This document shows, one piece after another, positions 20,338-31,395 of a stretch of 64,000 nt of DNA (positions within the stretch are counted from its first letter, which is position 1; each line of letters starts with the position of its first letter). A program made the position numbers and the translations under genes. Origin of the DNA: Candidatus Bathyarchaeota archaeon (GTDB lineage: Archaea; Thermoproteota; Bathyarchaeia; Bathyarchaeales; Bathycorpusculaceae); the NCBI GenBank assembly GCA_963739305.1, contig CAVTZU010000020.1, positions 32,001-96,000 on the forward strand. The letters are read 5' to 3'. The notes under the pieces were generated by a model. It saw nothing but the letters and a program-made list of their open reading frames with translations, made no database searches and was not told where the DNA came from.

Positions 20338-20964
20338 TCATTTGTTCTGTGAACTCTTTTCCCTGCCTATCACGTTCCTTACGTGCTTGGTCCTGCTGAA
20401 ATCCTCCAGATCTTCATCCAACAACAACTCTTGAATGTACCTCACTTGCCTCTCCGCAGATGGGATAATGATCCTTTCTAAAGCATTGACCTTCCTGTTT
20501 ATCCTCAACAGTTCGTTAGCTATCCTCTCAATCGCGGTCTCAACCTGAGCGATAAACAGAAGTTCACTCATCAAATCCCCAAGCTTCTCCGCGACACTGT
20601 ACAGCTCCATTTCCTCGATAGAATCGATCCGAGGTCTCTCAGTAACCTTAAGCTTAGGCACAACAACGCCCATGACGGAAACAGGTCTAACATCAATCTT
20701 GATTTTTGAAATGGGCAGGGCAGAAGAAGCCACGTGTTCGAGACCGAGACTCGCCGTTGCTTCCTTGAAGGCATCATAGATTTCTGCAAGCCGCGCCTCC
20801 AACATTTCTCGTTTTCCCAGCTGTTTGATGAGGTTGTTAAGCTCCCCTACCAAACGGTCTCTCTTCACCTTCAGGATGTTCTTTCCGTCCTGGATCAGTT
20901 TGAGATTGCCCCTGAGCCTTATGAGGGCGCCCCTGGTCGCGGTGACTCTGCCCGTGAGCGACAT
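20338..20964 (-). CDS. atpD: A/V-type ATP synthase subunit D
   Basis: TR..L..L, LK.KRD.L and RKVNALE.IIIP. Last gene of the operon. Confidence 0.9.
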   Translation of the reverse strand: MSLTGRVTATRGALIRLRGNLKLIQDGKNILKVKRDRLVGELNNLIKQLGKREMLEARLAEIYDAFKEATASLGLEHVASSALPISKIKIDVRPVSVMGVVVPKLKVTERPRIDSIEEMELYSVAEKLGDLMSELLFIAQVETAIERIANELLRINRKVNALERIIIPSAERQVRYIQELLLDEDLEDFSRTKHVRNVIGREKSSQNK

Positions 20965-20974
20965 TCCTTCATCA

Positions 20975-22376
20975 TCACTTTCTGTGTTTCGGATGATACT
21001 TCTCGAGGAATTCCTCGCTTATCCTGACCAATTCATCCTCCGGAAGAATAGAGAGCGCTTCCCATGCAATATCCAAGGTTCTTTGGACGCTCCTGTTCTC
21101 GTACTCACTTTGGCTGACGAATTGCCTATCAAAAGCCTCAGCGAACTTGAGGAAAGCTTCGCTCACGCTCGCTCAGCTCCATCTCACCGACAATCCGCGC
21201 CAGCTGCCTAGCTTTCACGCCCTGAGCGTAACTATCATACAACTGGTCAGAAACGTCATGATGATCCTCCCTGGTCTTTGTGCCGCCCACGCCTTTCCTC
21301 ATAAGCCTACTCAGCGACGGCAAAACGTTAATCGGCGGATAGATCCCTCGAGAGTTCAAATCTCTGTCGAGGAAAATCTGTCCTTCAGTTATGTAACCGG
21401 TCAGGTCAGGGATTGGATGGTGAAAATCTCCCCCGGGCATCGTCAGGACAGGCATCTGAGTCAAAGATCCCTTCTTTCCCTCGATGATTCCTGCTCTTTC
21501 AAATATAGAGGCAAGATCACTGTACAGATAACCTGGGTAACCAGCCCTTCCAGGAACTTCTTCCCTTGCCGAGCTGAGTTCTCTCAAAGCCTCAGCATAG
21601 TTCGTCATGTCGCTAAGGATCGCTAGAACGTGATAGCCCAGATCGAACGCCAAGTGCTCCGCGGCCGTCAGAGCGATTCTCGGCGTGAACAGCCTTTCAA
21701 CCGCGGGGTCGTCAGCAAGGTTCAGGACCAAAACGGATCTTTCGAGGGTTCCTGACTTCTTGAGTTCATCAACGAAAAACCTAACCTCATCGTTCTTGAG
21801 GCCCATAGCCGCAAAAACCACCGCGAAATTAGTCTTCTCGCCAAGGACGGTTGCCTGCCTCAATACTTGTGCGAGTAGTCTGTTGTGGGGCAACCCGCTC
21901 TCCGAGAAAATAGGAAGTTTTTGTCCTCTGACAAGAGACATCATTCCGTCTATCGCAGATACACCCGTCTGAATGAATTCGCTCGGATACAATCTGGCTT
22001 TCGGGTTGATAGGAGCACCGTTGATGTCCTTCAATTCACTCGAGAAGATCGGTGGCAACCCATCAATGGGGTCAAACTTTCCGTTAAACACGCGTCCAAG
22101 AATCTCTGCGGAAACAGGAATCTGGAACGCGGATCCCCTGAAACTGACGACGCTGTCGATCTGAAGCCCTGTCGGGTCTCCGAAAACTTGTATTACCGCC
22201 AGATCCTTGCTGACTTCAAGAACTCTCCCCATCCGTTCTATTCCAGTGGAGCCGCGAATCTCAACAATCTCGTCGTAGCCCACGTCGGCGGCGCCTTCAA
22301 GGAACAACAAAGGACCCTTGATCTCCCTAACACCCCTGTACTGCTTCCCATGTAAGGTCTCAATTGATTCTGACAT
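20975..22376 (-). CDS. atpB: A/V-type ATP synthase subunit B (one +1 frameshift near 21158)
   Basis: [41 protein letters not shown] and PSLSRLM. The C-terminus ([15 protein letters not shown]...W) is in another frame. Confidence 0.92.
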
Positions 22377-22391
22377 TCAACTAGGCCTCCG

Positions 22392-24201
22392 TCATTTCTC
22401 CTCGACCACGTAACGTCTGCCAATGGCTGCCAGCTGTTCATCGGCTTCTCTCTTCACCCTCAAGATTTCCTCTTCTGCTCTTTCAGACTCCTTGATCCTC
22501 TTTATCTGCGATATCGCGGGCAAGTCAACGATTTCCCTCATCGGGACCTGTTTCTTTACTAGAGCCTCTGCGTTCTGATAGAAGCTGAGAATCAGGTCCA
22601 ACAGGAGTATCTGATTAGGTGGAGAATAATAGGAATCAATGCCATACGCACTCTGTCGGAGAAAGCCTTCAGTGATCATTCCAGTTATGAGAAGTATGAG
22701 CCTCTGCTCATCTGGCAAAGCGCTCTCACCGATTATCTGTGCAATCGATTCCACCTCGGCTGACTCGCTCAGCAGCTTGAGTGCAAGGCCTCTGAGCTGA
22801 ACAAAGCTGCGCAGCTCTGCCCCCCAAAGTTTCGATAATCTATCGATTTCTTTATTGTAGACGCGAGCCCAACCTTCCTCAAGCTCAGGCACGTACAGAC
22901 TGTAGCTCTTCAACCAATTTATCGCGGGAAAATGTCTTCTGTAAGCCAACTCCTCATCGAGCGCCCAAAAAACCCCCGTAAACCTCAAGAGTGTCAATGG
23001 TAACAGGTTCATTGAAGTCCCCGCCCGGCGGCGAAACCGCCCCGATCACCGTGACTGAACCTTCCCGACGAGGCTTTCCTATCGTTTCAACCATGCCTGC
23101 TCGCTCATAGAATTCTGCAATCCTATCCGGCAAATACGCTGGATAACCTTTCTCCGACGGCATCTCTTCGAGCCTACTCGAAATCTCCCTCAGCGCCTCT
23201 GCCCAACGACTAGTGGAATCTGCCAGCAATGCAACGTTCAACCCCATGTCCCTGTAGTATTCGCCGATCGTTATCCCAAGATAGATACTCGCCTCTCTTG
23301 CCGCGACAGGCATGTTGCTGGTGTTGGCAATGATGATCGTTCGCTCCATCAAAGGAAGCCCAAGCTTAGGATCCATCAAAGTCGGAAAATCTCTCACCAC
23401 ATCACATATTTCGTTCCCTCTTTCTCCACACCCGATGTAAACTATCACGTCAGCGTCGCTCCACCTGGCCAACTGCTGGAGCACGACTGTCTTTCCAGTG
23501 CCAAACCCACCGGGAATACAGGCTGAGCCGCCTTTTGCGATCGGAAAAATCGCATCAATGACTCGTTGACCGGTGATCAGGGGCTGGTTGATCGCCAATC
23601 TTCGACTTGAGGGCCTAGGAGTTCTTATAGGCCAGTCTTGCTTCAAGGAGACTTCAATTTTCTTCCCGTCGTCTTGAAGCGTAATGGGCGAGTCTTCTAC
23701 CGTGAAATCGCCTTCGAGTATGTCTGCTACTTTCCCGCGCACGCCAGGGGGGGTCATAATTTTGAGGGTCAGCATTCTCGTTTCTTTGACTTCACCTAGA
23801 ACGTCGCCTTCTTCAACTGAGTCTCCTACTGCTCGTGTGGGTTTAAAATGCCATTTCTTTTGCCTATCAAGCATGTTGATTTTGAGCCCTCTCGAAAGAA
23901 ACGGTCCTGTTACCTTCAGAATTGATTCAAGAGGCCGTCCAATACCGTCTAGAACGTTGGTCAACAAACCTGGCCCCAATTCTGCAACAAGTCTGTGTCC
24001 TGTTGCCACGACCTCTTCACCAGGCTTGATGCCGCTTGTTTGTTCGTAAACTTGAATCGTGAATAGGTCCTCGTTCAGTCGTATCACCTCTCCGATGAGG
24101 CCTTCTTTGCCGACTTCTATCATTTCGCCCATGCGCACGTCTTTGATTCCTGTCGCGACGATGACTGAGCCGATGATTCTCTTTATCTCGCCCTTCCTCA
24201 A
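22392..24201 (-). CDS. atpA: A/V-type ATP synthase subunit A (one +1 frameshift near 22990)
   Basis: Walker A GGFGTGKT, GCGERGNE, ADSTSRWAEALRE and VSPPGGDF.EPVT. Continues as LRFTGVFWALD...RRHFPAINW in another frame. Confidence 0.93.
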
Positions 24202-24821
24202 TCTTCGGCACCTTCAAACAGCACTTCGTAGATCTTTTGACCGGATTCTTTTCGAAACTCGTCCGTTCTCGCCTCGAGGGTATTGTTGAAAATCTGTTTC
24301 TTATCCATAGTTCGAACCATTGCTCCTCCAAGAGTGTCTATCGTTTCCTTTCCAATTCTCAGTTTTACTTGTTGATGCTTCAAAGATGAAACCCTGTTCT
24401 TCAGCTGTTCAAGGCTTTTGCTCACAGATTCTTTGTCTCGAGAGTTGGTGACAATTTCGAACTCGTTGCCACTCAGTTTTGTTGCTGCCTCAGCGATCAG
24501 TCTGTTCAAACTTTCAGAATATCTCGCATCGTCCTTGACGGTCTTGTGGAGATACTCCTCGAATTCCGCCATTGTCTCTTCAAAAAGCCGAAACCTGGCG
24601 TTCAAGATCTTGTTTCTGCCACCGGTCTTTGCTTGCGCCAGGTCTCGCTCTCCCTTTTCCTCCACGGCTCTAGACTTCTCTTCCATCTTTTGGTTTCTGG
24701 TTTTTTCAGCTTTTTCCTTCGCTTCTCCGAGTATCTTCTCAGCTTTGCTTCTGGCTTCCTCGACTATCTCTTTTGCTTCCATTTCGTGGAGAAACCGCAC
24801 TTGAGCTCTCAGGTTTTCCAT
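24198..24821 (-). CDS. atpE: A/V-type ATP synthase subunit E
   Basis: N-terminal charged coiled coil, C-terminal GG...NNTLEAR, and operon position. Confidence 0.85.
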   Translation of the reverse strand: MENLRAQVRFLHEMEAKEIVEEARSKAEKILGEAKEKAEKTRNQKMEEKSRAVEEKGERDLAQAKTGGRNKILNARFRLFEETMAEFEEYLHKTVKDDARYSESLNRLIAEAATKLSGNEFEIVTNSRDKESVSKSLEQLKNRVSSLKHQQVKLRIGKETIDTLGGAMVRTMDKKQIFNNTLEARTDEFRKESGQKIYEVLFEGAED

Positions 24822-24827
24822 GATTGT

Positions 24828-25145
24828 TTACTCTCCGAGAACCGAGTTAGCGATGAAGGCAATCGCTTTCTTCTTGTTCTTGTTAGCAAGTTTGGTCAGG
24901 TTCTTGATTTTTTCGTCTGTCGATTCTTCGATCGTTCGCTTTTCCTCTTCGATTTGGAGTTTTCTCTCCTTGAAGAAAGCGTCGTAGTCTTGCTCCTCTG
25001 CTTCTTTCAAAATTCTCTTTGCGTCCTCTTCCGCTTTCTCAATCGTTCTCACTGCCTCTTCACGCCCCTTGACGAGCTTCTGCTCAGCTTCTTTTTCCAG
25101 TCGAACCAGATCCTCTACTTCTTCAAACGACAATTCAGTCACCAA
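24828..25145 (-). CDS. A/V-type ATP synthase subunit H (G)
   Basis: Short, highly charged coiled-coil protein ending KKAIAFIANSVLGE, within the ATPase operon. Confidence 0.75.
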   Translation of the reverse strand: MVTELSFEEVEDLVRLEKEAEQKLVKGREEAVRTIEKAEEDAKRILKEAEEQDYDAFFKERKLQIEEEKRTIEESTDEKIKNLTKLANKNKKKAIAFIANSVLGE

Positions 25146-25461
25146 ACTTCAGCTTTATGCCTAGACTCTGGCTGACGAGTTGTTTCAGTTGATCTTCTCT
25201 CTCACCGAGGCTCCCACTTGGCCCAGGAATGACGATGAAAACAGGATACAGCCTATGTGTTGCCAGGAGGTTGTTTCTCAGCTCCGTCAGCCGGAGCGCC
25301 ACGCTCTGGGTTACTATCATCATTCTGTACCGGTCCTCGGCGACCAGTTCCTGGACCTTCTGAGCGGCCATTTCATCGTTTCCTTCTTCGATCACGTCGA
25401 CTCCCGCGAACCTGAACAAGTTGGTCAAGAACTTGTCGCCGACCAGAACTATATCGTTCAT
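25135..25461 (-). CDS. atpF: A/V-type ATP synthase subunit F
   Basis: I..VGD......FR.AGV, P....IPG and SLGIK. Confidence 0.8.
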   Translation of the reverse strand: MNDIVLVGDKFLTNLFRFAGVDVIEEGNDEMAAQKVQELVAEDRYRMMIVTQSVALRLTELRNNLLATHRLYPVFIVIPGPSGSLGEREDQLKQLVSQSLGIKLKFGD

Positions 25462-26058
25462 ACGCCTTTCACTGTGAAGTGAAGTGTTGTGCCTCTACAT
25501 TTTATAGCTTTTTGACGCTCTCGCTCTTTCGCTAACGAGGGTCGCGCTTTTCAATCGCGCGCTACGAAACGATTCCGTAGTGTCAAATGAATTCCGGTCG
25601 TGACTTTACCAGGAAGACCAGACTCAACGTGGAAAGGACAAGTGCAGCGCGGCGCGCGCTAAATCATGAACGGAATCCCTGTTGATAACTGGGGATTCCA
25701 GACGAAAAACAAGGCAGACCGTTAGCCAAAAGCACTTTTCTGCCACTTTTTTGTCAATGGAATTCAAAATTCGGAGAAAAATTTAAAAGCAAGTTATGTG
25801 CGCATTAGGAAGCTGAATGAGGGAAATGGTGGAAGTAATTTTAACTCCCTTCTCTCCTTTCTCCCCTCGAGAATAATCTACCATTCTCCCTCATTACCAA
25901 TTCTAGCCGCCAAGTGCACTTATAGCTTATGGAACAATGTTCTAGTCGCCGGAATAGTCACGTCGGAACATAACGCTCTGCGATTTCAGGAAAGAGTAAA
26001 TGCGGTTCACCAACAAATATGGAAGTCACAAACCGATATCGCTGGTTGTTGGTTGAAA

Positions 26059-26541
26059 ATGGCCAAAGTCCTAATTGTCTATGATTCGAGGTCGGGCAAC
26101 ACCCAAAAGATGGCTCTGGAAATAGCCGAAGGAGCCAAAACCGTGAAACATGTCGATGTGATCGTTAAGAAGGTTGGTCAAACGACTCTTGATGACCTTG
26201 TTGGTGCTGACGGAATCATCATCGGCTCCCCAACGTATTATGGGTTGATGTCGGGGAAACTCAAGGCCCTGATCGACGAGTCGGTGAAGATTCACGGAAA
26301 ACTGGATGGTAAGGTCGGCGCAGCGTTTACGAGTTCCGGCGGAGTCGCGTCTGGGGCCGAGACCACTTTGCTATCGATCGTACAGGCGATGTTGGTTCAC
26401 GGTATGATTATTCAAGGAAGGTCTGACGACAAGCACTATGGCACCGCCGCGGTAGGTCAGCCAAACGACGATGACATCAAATCGTGCAGAGATCTTGGAA
26501 GAAGAGTTTCGAACCTAGCTGCAAAATTGGAGACGAAATGA
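26059..26541 (+). CDS. Flavodoxin-like NAD(P)H oxidoreductase (WrbA-like)
   Basis: VLIVYDSRSGNT..MA, DGII.GSPTYYG and KVGAAFTSSGG..SG.ETT. Confidence 0.9.
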   Translation: MAKVLIVYDSRSGNTQKMALEIAEGAKTVKHVDVIVKKVGQTTLDDLVGADGIIIGSPTYYGLMSGKLKALIDESVKIHGKLDGKVGAAFTSSGGVASGAETTLLSIVQAMLVHGMIIQGRSDDKHYGTAAVGQPNDDDIKSCRDLGRRVSNLAAKLETK

Positions 26542-26737
26542 AAGAGAGCGTTATTTTTTCCAGTATTGTAAAGCAACCGAAACGACTTCTAGCGCGCCTG
26601 CGTGTCTTTGAATAAGAAGACATGCGAGGTATAGCAGAAGATTCTTCCAGAAAGCAATATCAGCATGAACGACCTTAGGAATGTTCGGAGAAGGAGTCAT
26701 TGCATAATACCAACTGTCTTGTTAAGGCGATGGCCTT

Positions 26738-28588
26738 TTGAAATTCAAACCAAAGACGAATGCAGTGGTTCTTCTAGTCATTCTTTGTTTGACGATTTCG
26801 ATAATTTCCTCCCCGAAGCGCGCGCGTGCTTCGCAAAGCACCCCCACGCTTGCCGATTACCTCAACTCTTGGATCAATAACACGACTTTTGACGACAGCC
26901 CCCTGGCGACGCAATGGGGAATGGTATTCGGCAACAAACAAATGTCAAGCTATGACATTGCTGCGCAAGATGCCGCTGATGCTCAGCGGTGGACGGACGT
27001 TTTTCTAATCAAACGGTCCGCTGAAATCTCTGGCTACGGTTCTCCAGTCTTAGACTCTGCGGTAATAACGGCACTCCAGAATTGCCCGAAGGCTGGTGCA
27101 TTACCTGTCACCTACGGAAACGGGTGGCTCGTGTACGATGGGTTCGCGCTGTGGGCTCCGAAATGGGCAGGAGAACTTGGAGTGGCAGGATGGAATGCCA
27201 CTGAAATGTTCAATCAACTCAAGTATTTCGTCGATCTGTACGGTGGAGGTTTCCTCGTTGCGTATGAGAACTATGCGATTTCCACCAATCAGGCAAACAC
27301 ACGCTACTATGACGAGCAAGCTGAAACTCTACGAGCTTTCGTTATACTTGCGAGGCAAGGCGTTCAAGGTGCGATGGCCTACGCTGACAAGATATGGAAC
27401 CACCTGAACTCCGATGGCTGGTGGACTGGACAATGGTACTGGTACCGTCCTAGCTTGCAAGAGTTTGAATGTGAAATGGGAGGGTTCGCAATGGTAATCT
27501 CTGACTATCTGGGCTACGTTCATCCCAACGTAATTAGCGATCTCGAGTCAAAGCTTCTGGCTCATGGTTGGGACAGCCCTTGCTGGCAGAACAACGGATC
27601 CAGGTACGTGATCAACCATGCAAATTTTCCGAACGGTGCAGTTGTTACGGCTGAAATGCGCCCCGGGGAGACTCTTGCTGTGTGGAGAGCCCTTCAGTCG
27701 GTTTATCCAAGCATGCCTGTAGAGGATCAAGAAACCATCACCAACATGCTTTCTGGTTCAGCATGGTACAACGCCATAACCAGTGGAGCTTATGACAATG
27801 GCACAGCGCGAAGAGTGACTGGAGCGGCCGTCATGTTTCTAATGGGCATTATACCAGAAACAGGAAGCCTCAACCTAGGATACCGTGAAGAAGGCTACGT
27901 TACCAACACCGAGATTATCAAAAGCAACAACCTTGCGTTTGACTACGATGGTCGACGGATTCGCATATCACTCTTTGCCGGAAGCCTAGGCTTCAATTTC
28001 GGAACCACCCCCGTTTCCTACAGTTTTAACGAAACAGGAATCTATGATGTGTACTTTTCAAGCGACTGGAACACAGTGAAGGAGGCCAATTACTTGGGCT
28101 TGGATAACGATACCATACTGACACCCCCCAAGGCGGTCTTCACCTACGAACCGCTCAACTTCTATGTCAACATGACGGTGACTTTCAACGCCACGTCGTC
28201 GAAGCCTGGCTGGAACGGCACGGCTCAGTCGCCGATTATAGACTATCGATGGGATTTTGGAGACGGAAACATTACTGAGGGAGATTATCCAACGATAACA
28301 CATGATTACACGACGCTCGGAAAGAAAATGGTAGGATTGACAGTGGCTGACGCCGCCGGATATACGGGTTACACTCAGCAAACAGTTGAAGCGCGCGCGA
28401 CCTACCTCATCGATTTGAACGGCGATGGCATTTTTGATATCTACGACGCCGTGTTGTTTGCAGGTGCATTCCACTCAGTCCTTGGCAGCTCAAACTGGAA
28501 TCCTAGGGCAGACTTAAACGGCGATGGCGCCGTCGACCTTTACGACGCTGTAATCTTGGCAAGCTACCTAAAAGGAAGCCACCCATAG
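26738..28588 (+). CDS. Secreted protein: helical glycosidase-like domain + PKD + dockerin-like domain
   Basis: Signal peptide, aromatic-rich domain with RYYDEQAE, PKD (YRWDFGDG...HDY...G...V.LTV), and paired DLNGDG..D.YD repeats. Confidence 0.8.
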   Translation: MKFKPKTNAVVLLVILCLTISIISSPKRARASQSTPTLADYLNSWINNTTFDDSPLATQWGMVFGNKQMSSYDIAAQDAADAQRWTDVFLIKRSAEISGYGSPVLDSAVITALQNCPKAGALPVTYGNGWLVYDGFALWAPKWAGELGVAGWNATEMFNQLKYFVDLYGGGFLVAYENYAISTNQANTRYYDEQAETLRAFVILARQGVQGAMAYADKIWNHLNSDGWWTGQWYWYRPSLQEFECEMGGFAMVISDYLGYVHPNVISDLESKLLAHGWDSPCWQNNGSRYVINHANFPNGAVVTAEMRPGETLAVWRALQSVYPSMPVEDQETITNMLSGSAWYNAITSGAYDNGTARRVTGAAVMFLMGIIPETGSLNLGYREEGYVTNTEIIKSNNLAFDYDGRRIRISLFAGSLGFNFGTTPVSYSFNETGIYDVYFSSDWNTVKEANYLGLDNDTILTPPKAVFTYEPLNFYVNMTVTFNATSSKPGWNGTAQSPIIDYRWDFGDGNITEGDYPTITHDYTTLGKKMVGLTVADAAGYTGYTQQTVEARATYLIDLNGDGIFDIYDAVLFAGAFHSVLGSSNWNPRADLNGDGAVDLYDAVILASYLKGSHP

Positions 28589-28784
28589 TTTTTGAACTAG
28601 AGTCAATATGCTTGCCAAAATTCCCTTCATGGTGAAGGGAACTAATCAACAAGCTTGCGGCATTGCGGCGTCGTTGAGAACGCGCTACAAGAATGAAAAC
28701 ATTTGAATAAATCTCTTCCAAGCCTGCCAGTTCCTTGCCTATTTTTGATCTGAATTCCAGGTTCATAAACCTCATCAATGCAGG

Positions 28785-29123
28785 ATGAACAGAATCTCAA
28801 GATGTAACGAGTTGACTTGTTTGAGGCACTTAGCGTTCTATTACGCGGTTGGTTTCGTGATCTTGGGTTGTCTATTGCTGGTCGCGCTTTCTTCAACGCT
28901 CGTTGGAGTGGTGCTGGGTGGCTTTGACCCGTATGCTGTCACCAGCTTAGCTGCGGCGATGTTCTTGCCTTTCGTGATCGGGGCGCTTTCGTGGCGCGGC
29001 TGGAAAGAAGTGCAAAAGAGGCAGACGCAGGAATTAGCGCATAAACCTCTTGTTGGAGTAGAAGAACAGGAAACGATCGAACAGAATTCAGGCACTCGTC
29101 AAAATCGACCAGCCGAAGCGTAA
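28785..29123 (+). CDS. Small two-TM membrane protein
   Basis: Two hydrophobic segments and a charged tail. Confidence 0.55.
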   Translation: MNRISRCNELTCLRHLAFYYAVGFVILGCLLLVALSSTLVGVVLGGFDPYAVTSLAAAMFLPFVIGALSWRGWKEVQKRQTQELAHKPLVGVEEQETIEQNSGTRQNRPAEA

Positions 29124-29254
29124 TAGTGCGCGCTAATACCACGCGGTTCATTCCGACGATAACGCTATTTGGCCAACGCGCGCTAGAAACGGGGCGTCCG
29201 CAACCTATTTAAGAATCATGGTTATCACCACGTCGATGGTTTGGTGCGCAAATT

Positions 29255-30614
29255 ATGAAAAGTGAGATACGATTGATTTTGGGTGTTGTTCTTCTCGCCG
29301 TTTTCATTTCAGCGCTTTGCACTCCGTTCGGCGCCGCCGCCGCGACAGGATGGAGCCAGACGTACGGTGGTTCCGGGGACGACGAGGCGTATTCTGTGGT
29401 TCAGACTGGCGACGGAGGCTACGCTTTAGCGGGGTACACGAACTCCAGCGGCGCAGGTAGCTACGATTTCTGGTTAATCAAGACCAACTCTTCGGGAGAC
29501 ATGCAGTGGAACCAGAACCTACGGAGGCTCAGGTGACGATGAAGCCTATTCAGTCGTCCAAAGCAACGACACGGGATACGCGATAGCTGGGAACACGAAT
29601 TCTTACGGTGCCGGTGAAACCGACGCTTGGCTGGTCAAAACAGACTCTTCTGGAAACATGCAGTGGAGCCAAACCTACGGGGGAAGAGCACAAGACGGAG
29701 TATACTCCGTAATCCAAACGAGCGACGGGGGCTACGCTTTAGCAGGGTACACTGATTCCTTCGGAGCAGGCGACTTCGACTTCTGGCTCGTCAAGACCAA
29801 CTCTTCTGGAAGCATGATGTGGAATCAGACTTACGGAGGCCAAGGGGATGATGAAGCTGGCTGTCTGATTCAAACAAGCGACGGAGGCTACGCGTTGGCG
29901 GGGTACACGAACTCTTTCGGCGCTGGCAGCTATGACTTCTGGTTAGTCAAGACAGACACTTCTGGAAACATGCAGTGGAACCAGACCTACGGCGGCTCAG
30001 GAGATGATGAAGCTAGCTGCGTGATTCAAACCAGCGACGGCTATGCTCTAGCCGGGTTCACCAACTCTACTGGAGCAGGCGACTACGATTTCTGGCTGGT
30101 CAGGACCAACTCCCTTGGAACATCGCAGTGGAGCCAAACCTACGGAGGAGGATACGACGAAATAGCAAATGCGCTAGTTCAAACTAGCGACGGAGGCTAC
30201 GCATTGGGAGGCTTGACAGGTTCCTACGGTGCCGGCGACGTCGATTATTGGCTCGTCAAGACCACATCTTCCGGAAGCATGCAGTGGAGCCAAACCTACG
30301 GAGGCTCAGATGACGATGAAGCGTATGCCCTGGTCCTGACAAGCGACGGAGGCTACGCGTTAGCCGGATTCACAGCTTCCTACGGCGCTGGCAGCTATGA
30401 CGCGTTTCTAGTTAAGACCGACTCCTCAGGAAACAGTGTGATGCCACCGTCATCACCATTCTCTATCTCATATTCCACGATATTGATGGTGTTGATTATA
30501 GTGATCATAATAATAGCGGTGGTAGTAGTCATAGTCCGCCGCAGGCGTCCCAGATCCGACACGAGCAGTGGTCAACAGTATCCACCTCCAAGTCCTGAAG
30601 TGAAACCGCCGTAA
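29255..30614 (+). CDS. Secreted, membrane-anchored beta-propeller repeat protein (one +1 frameshift near 29516)
   Basis: Signal peptide, about 7 repeats of W.QTYGG..DD.A....QT.DGGYALAG.T.S.GAG..D.WLVKT...G, then a C-terminal TM, RRRR and a Pro-rich tail. Confidence 0.85.
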
Positions 30615-30648
30615 GAGCGCGCGCTTGACAACAGGTTCTCTAATAGCG

Positions 30649-31395
30649 CTAAACTTCTCTCCACCGTGCCTTGGTTTTTGCAACCATAAAGAGTATGACT
30701 GTTACAGCTATCAGGACACTCCAATCGAGAACTATCGTCGCAAGTGGTAGTGACAGATATCCAGCAGCATTCTGGGCTAACTCTGCTGCGTACGTGGTAG
30801 GGGAGAGGTAGGCCAAGTACCTGAACGGAATCGGGATGTAGGTGATGGGATAGTAAACAGGCGGTATCGTTGAGAAAAGCGTCGAAAGAAGCCGTGTGAA
30901 CGCAAAGCTCTGGACTATGTCACTGGAAAACGTTGAGAGCGTGTAGCCAACAGCCATTGAAGCAAAAAACATGAGGAGAAGCACTGCGATGAACTCTAGG
31001 ACTCCAAAGACGCTCAGTGCCAGAAAGTAGTGCGCTAGCAGGGCGAGTACGGTTAGCGCGGGAATGGAGTAGACGATCTCTGAGATGGCGATTCCAATCA
31101 TGTAGGTCAGCCAAGTGGTTGGAGAACTTACCACCATGTCTTGGAGCTTGAAATCGTTCTTCAGGTGCGAAAGGTCGGCTTGTAGGGACATGCCGCTCGA
31201 GAACATGCTCATTATGAACCCGCCTTCCACGGCCTCTCCTATGAGGCTACCGCGGCTTACGAACACTATGAGGACTAGGAAGGAGAGGGGGGACAGAACC
31301 GTGTTGATGAGGACAATCGGGTAGTTCCTCATTTCATATAGGGCGTTGACGAGTATCGCGGCCAGAATCTGGCTGAACCTACTCCTCTTCTGCAT
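30649..31395 (-). CDS. ABC-2 type exporter permease
   Basis: Six TM segments and PVYYP...P......LSPTTY. Overlaps the ATPase gene. Confidence 0.88.
   Translation of the reverse strand: MQKRSRFSQILAAILVNALYEMRNYPIVLINTVLSPLSFLVLIVFVSRGSLIGEAVEGGFIMSMFSSGMSLQADLSHLKNDFKLQDMVVSSPTTWLTYMIGIAISEIVYSIPALTVLALLAHYFLALSVFGVLEFIAVLLLMFFASMAVGYTLSTFSSDIVQSFAFTRLLSTLFSTIPPVYYPITYIPIPFRYLAYLSPTTYAAELAQNAAGYLSLPLATIVLDWSVLIAVTVILFMVAKTKARWREV

Noticed and set aside
29340-30430. About 150-bp DNA repeats as a non-coding repeat array
   Set aside because: They are in-frame beta-propeller blades of a single protein.
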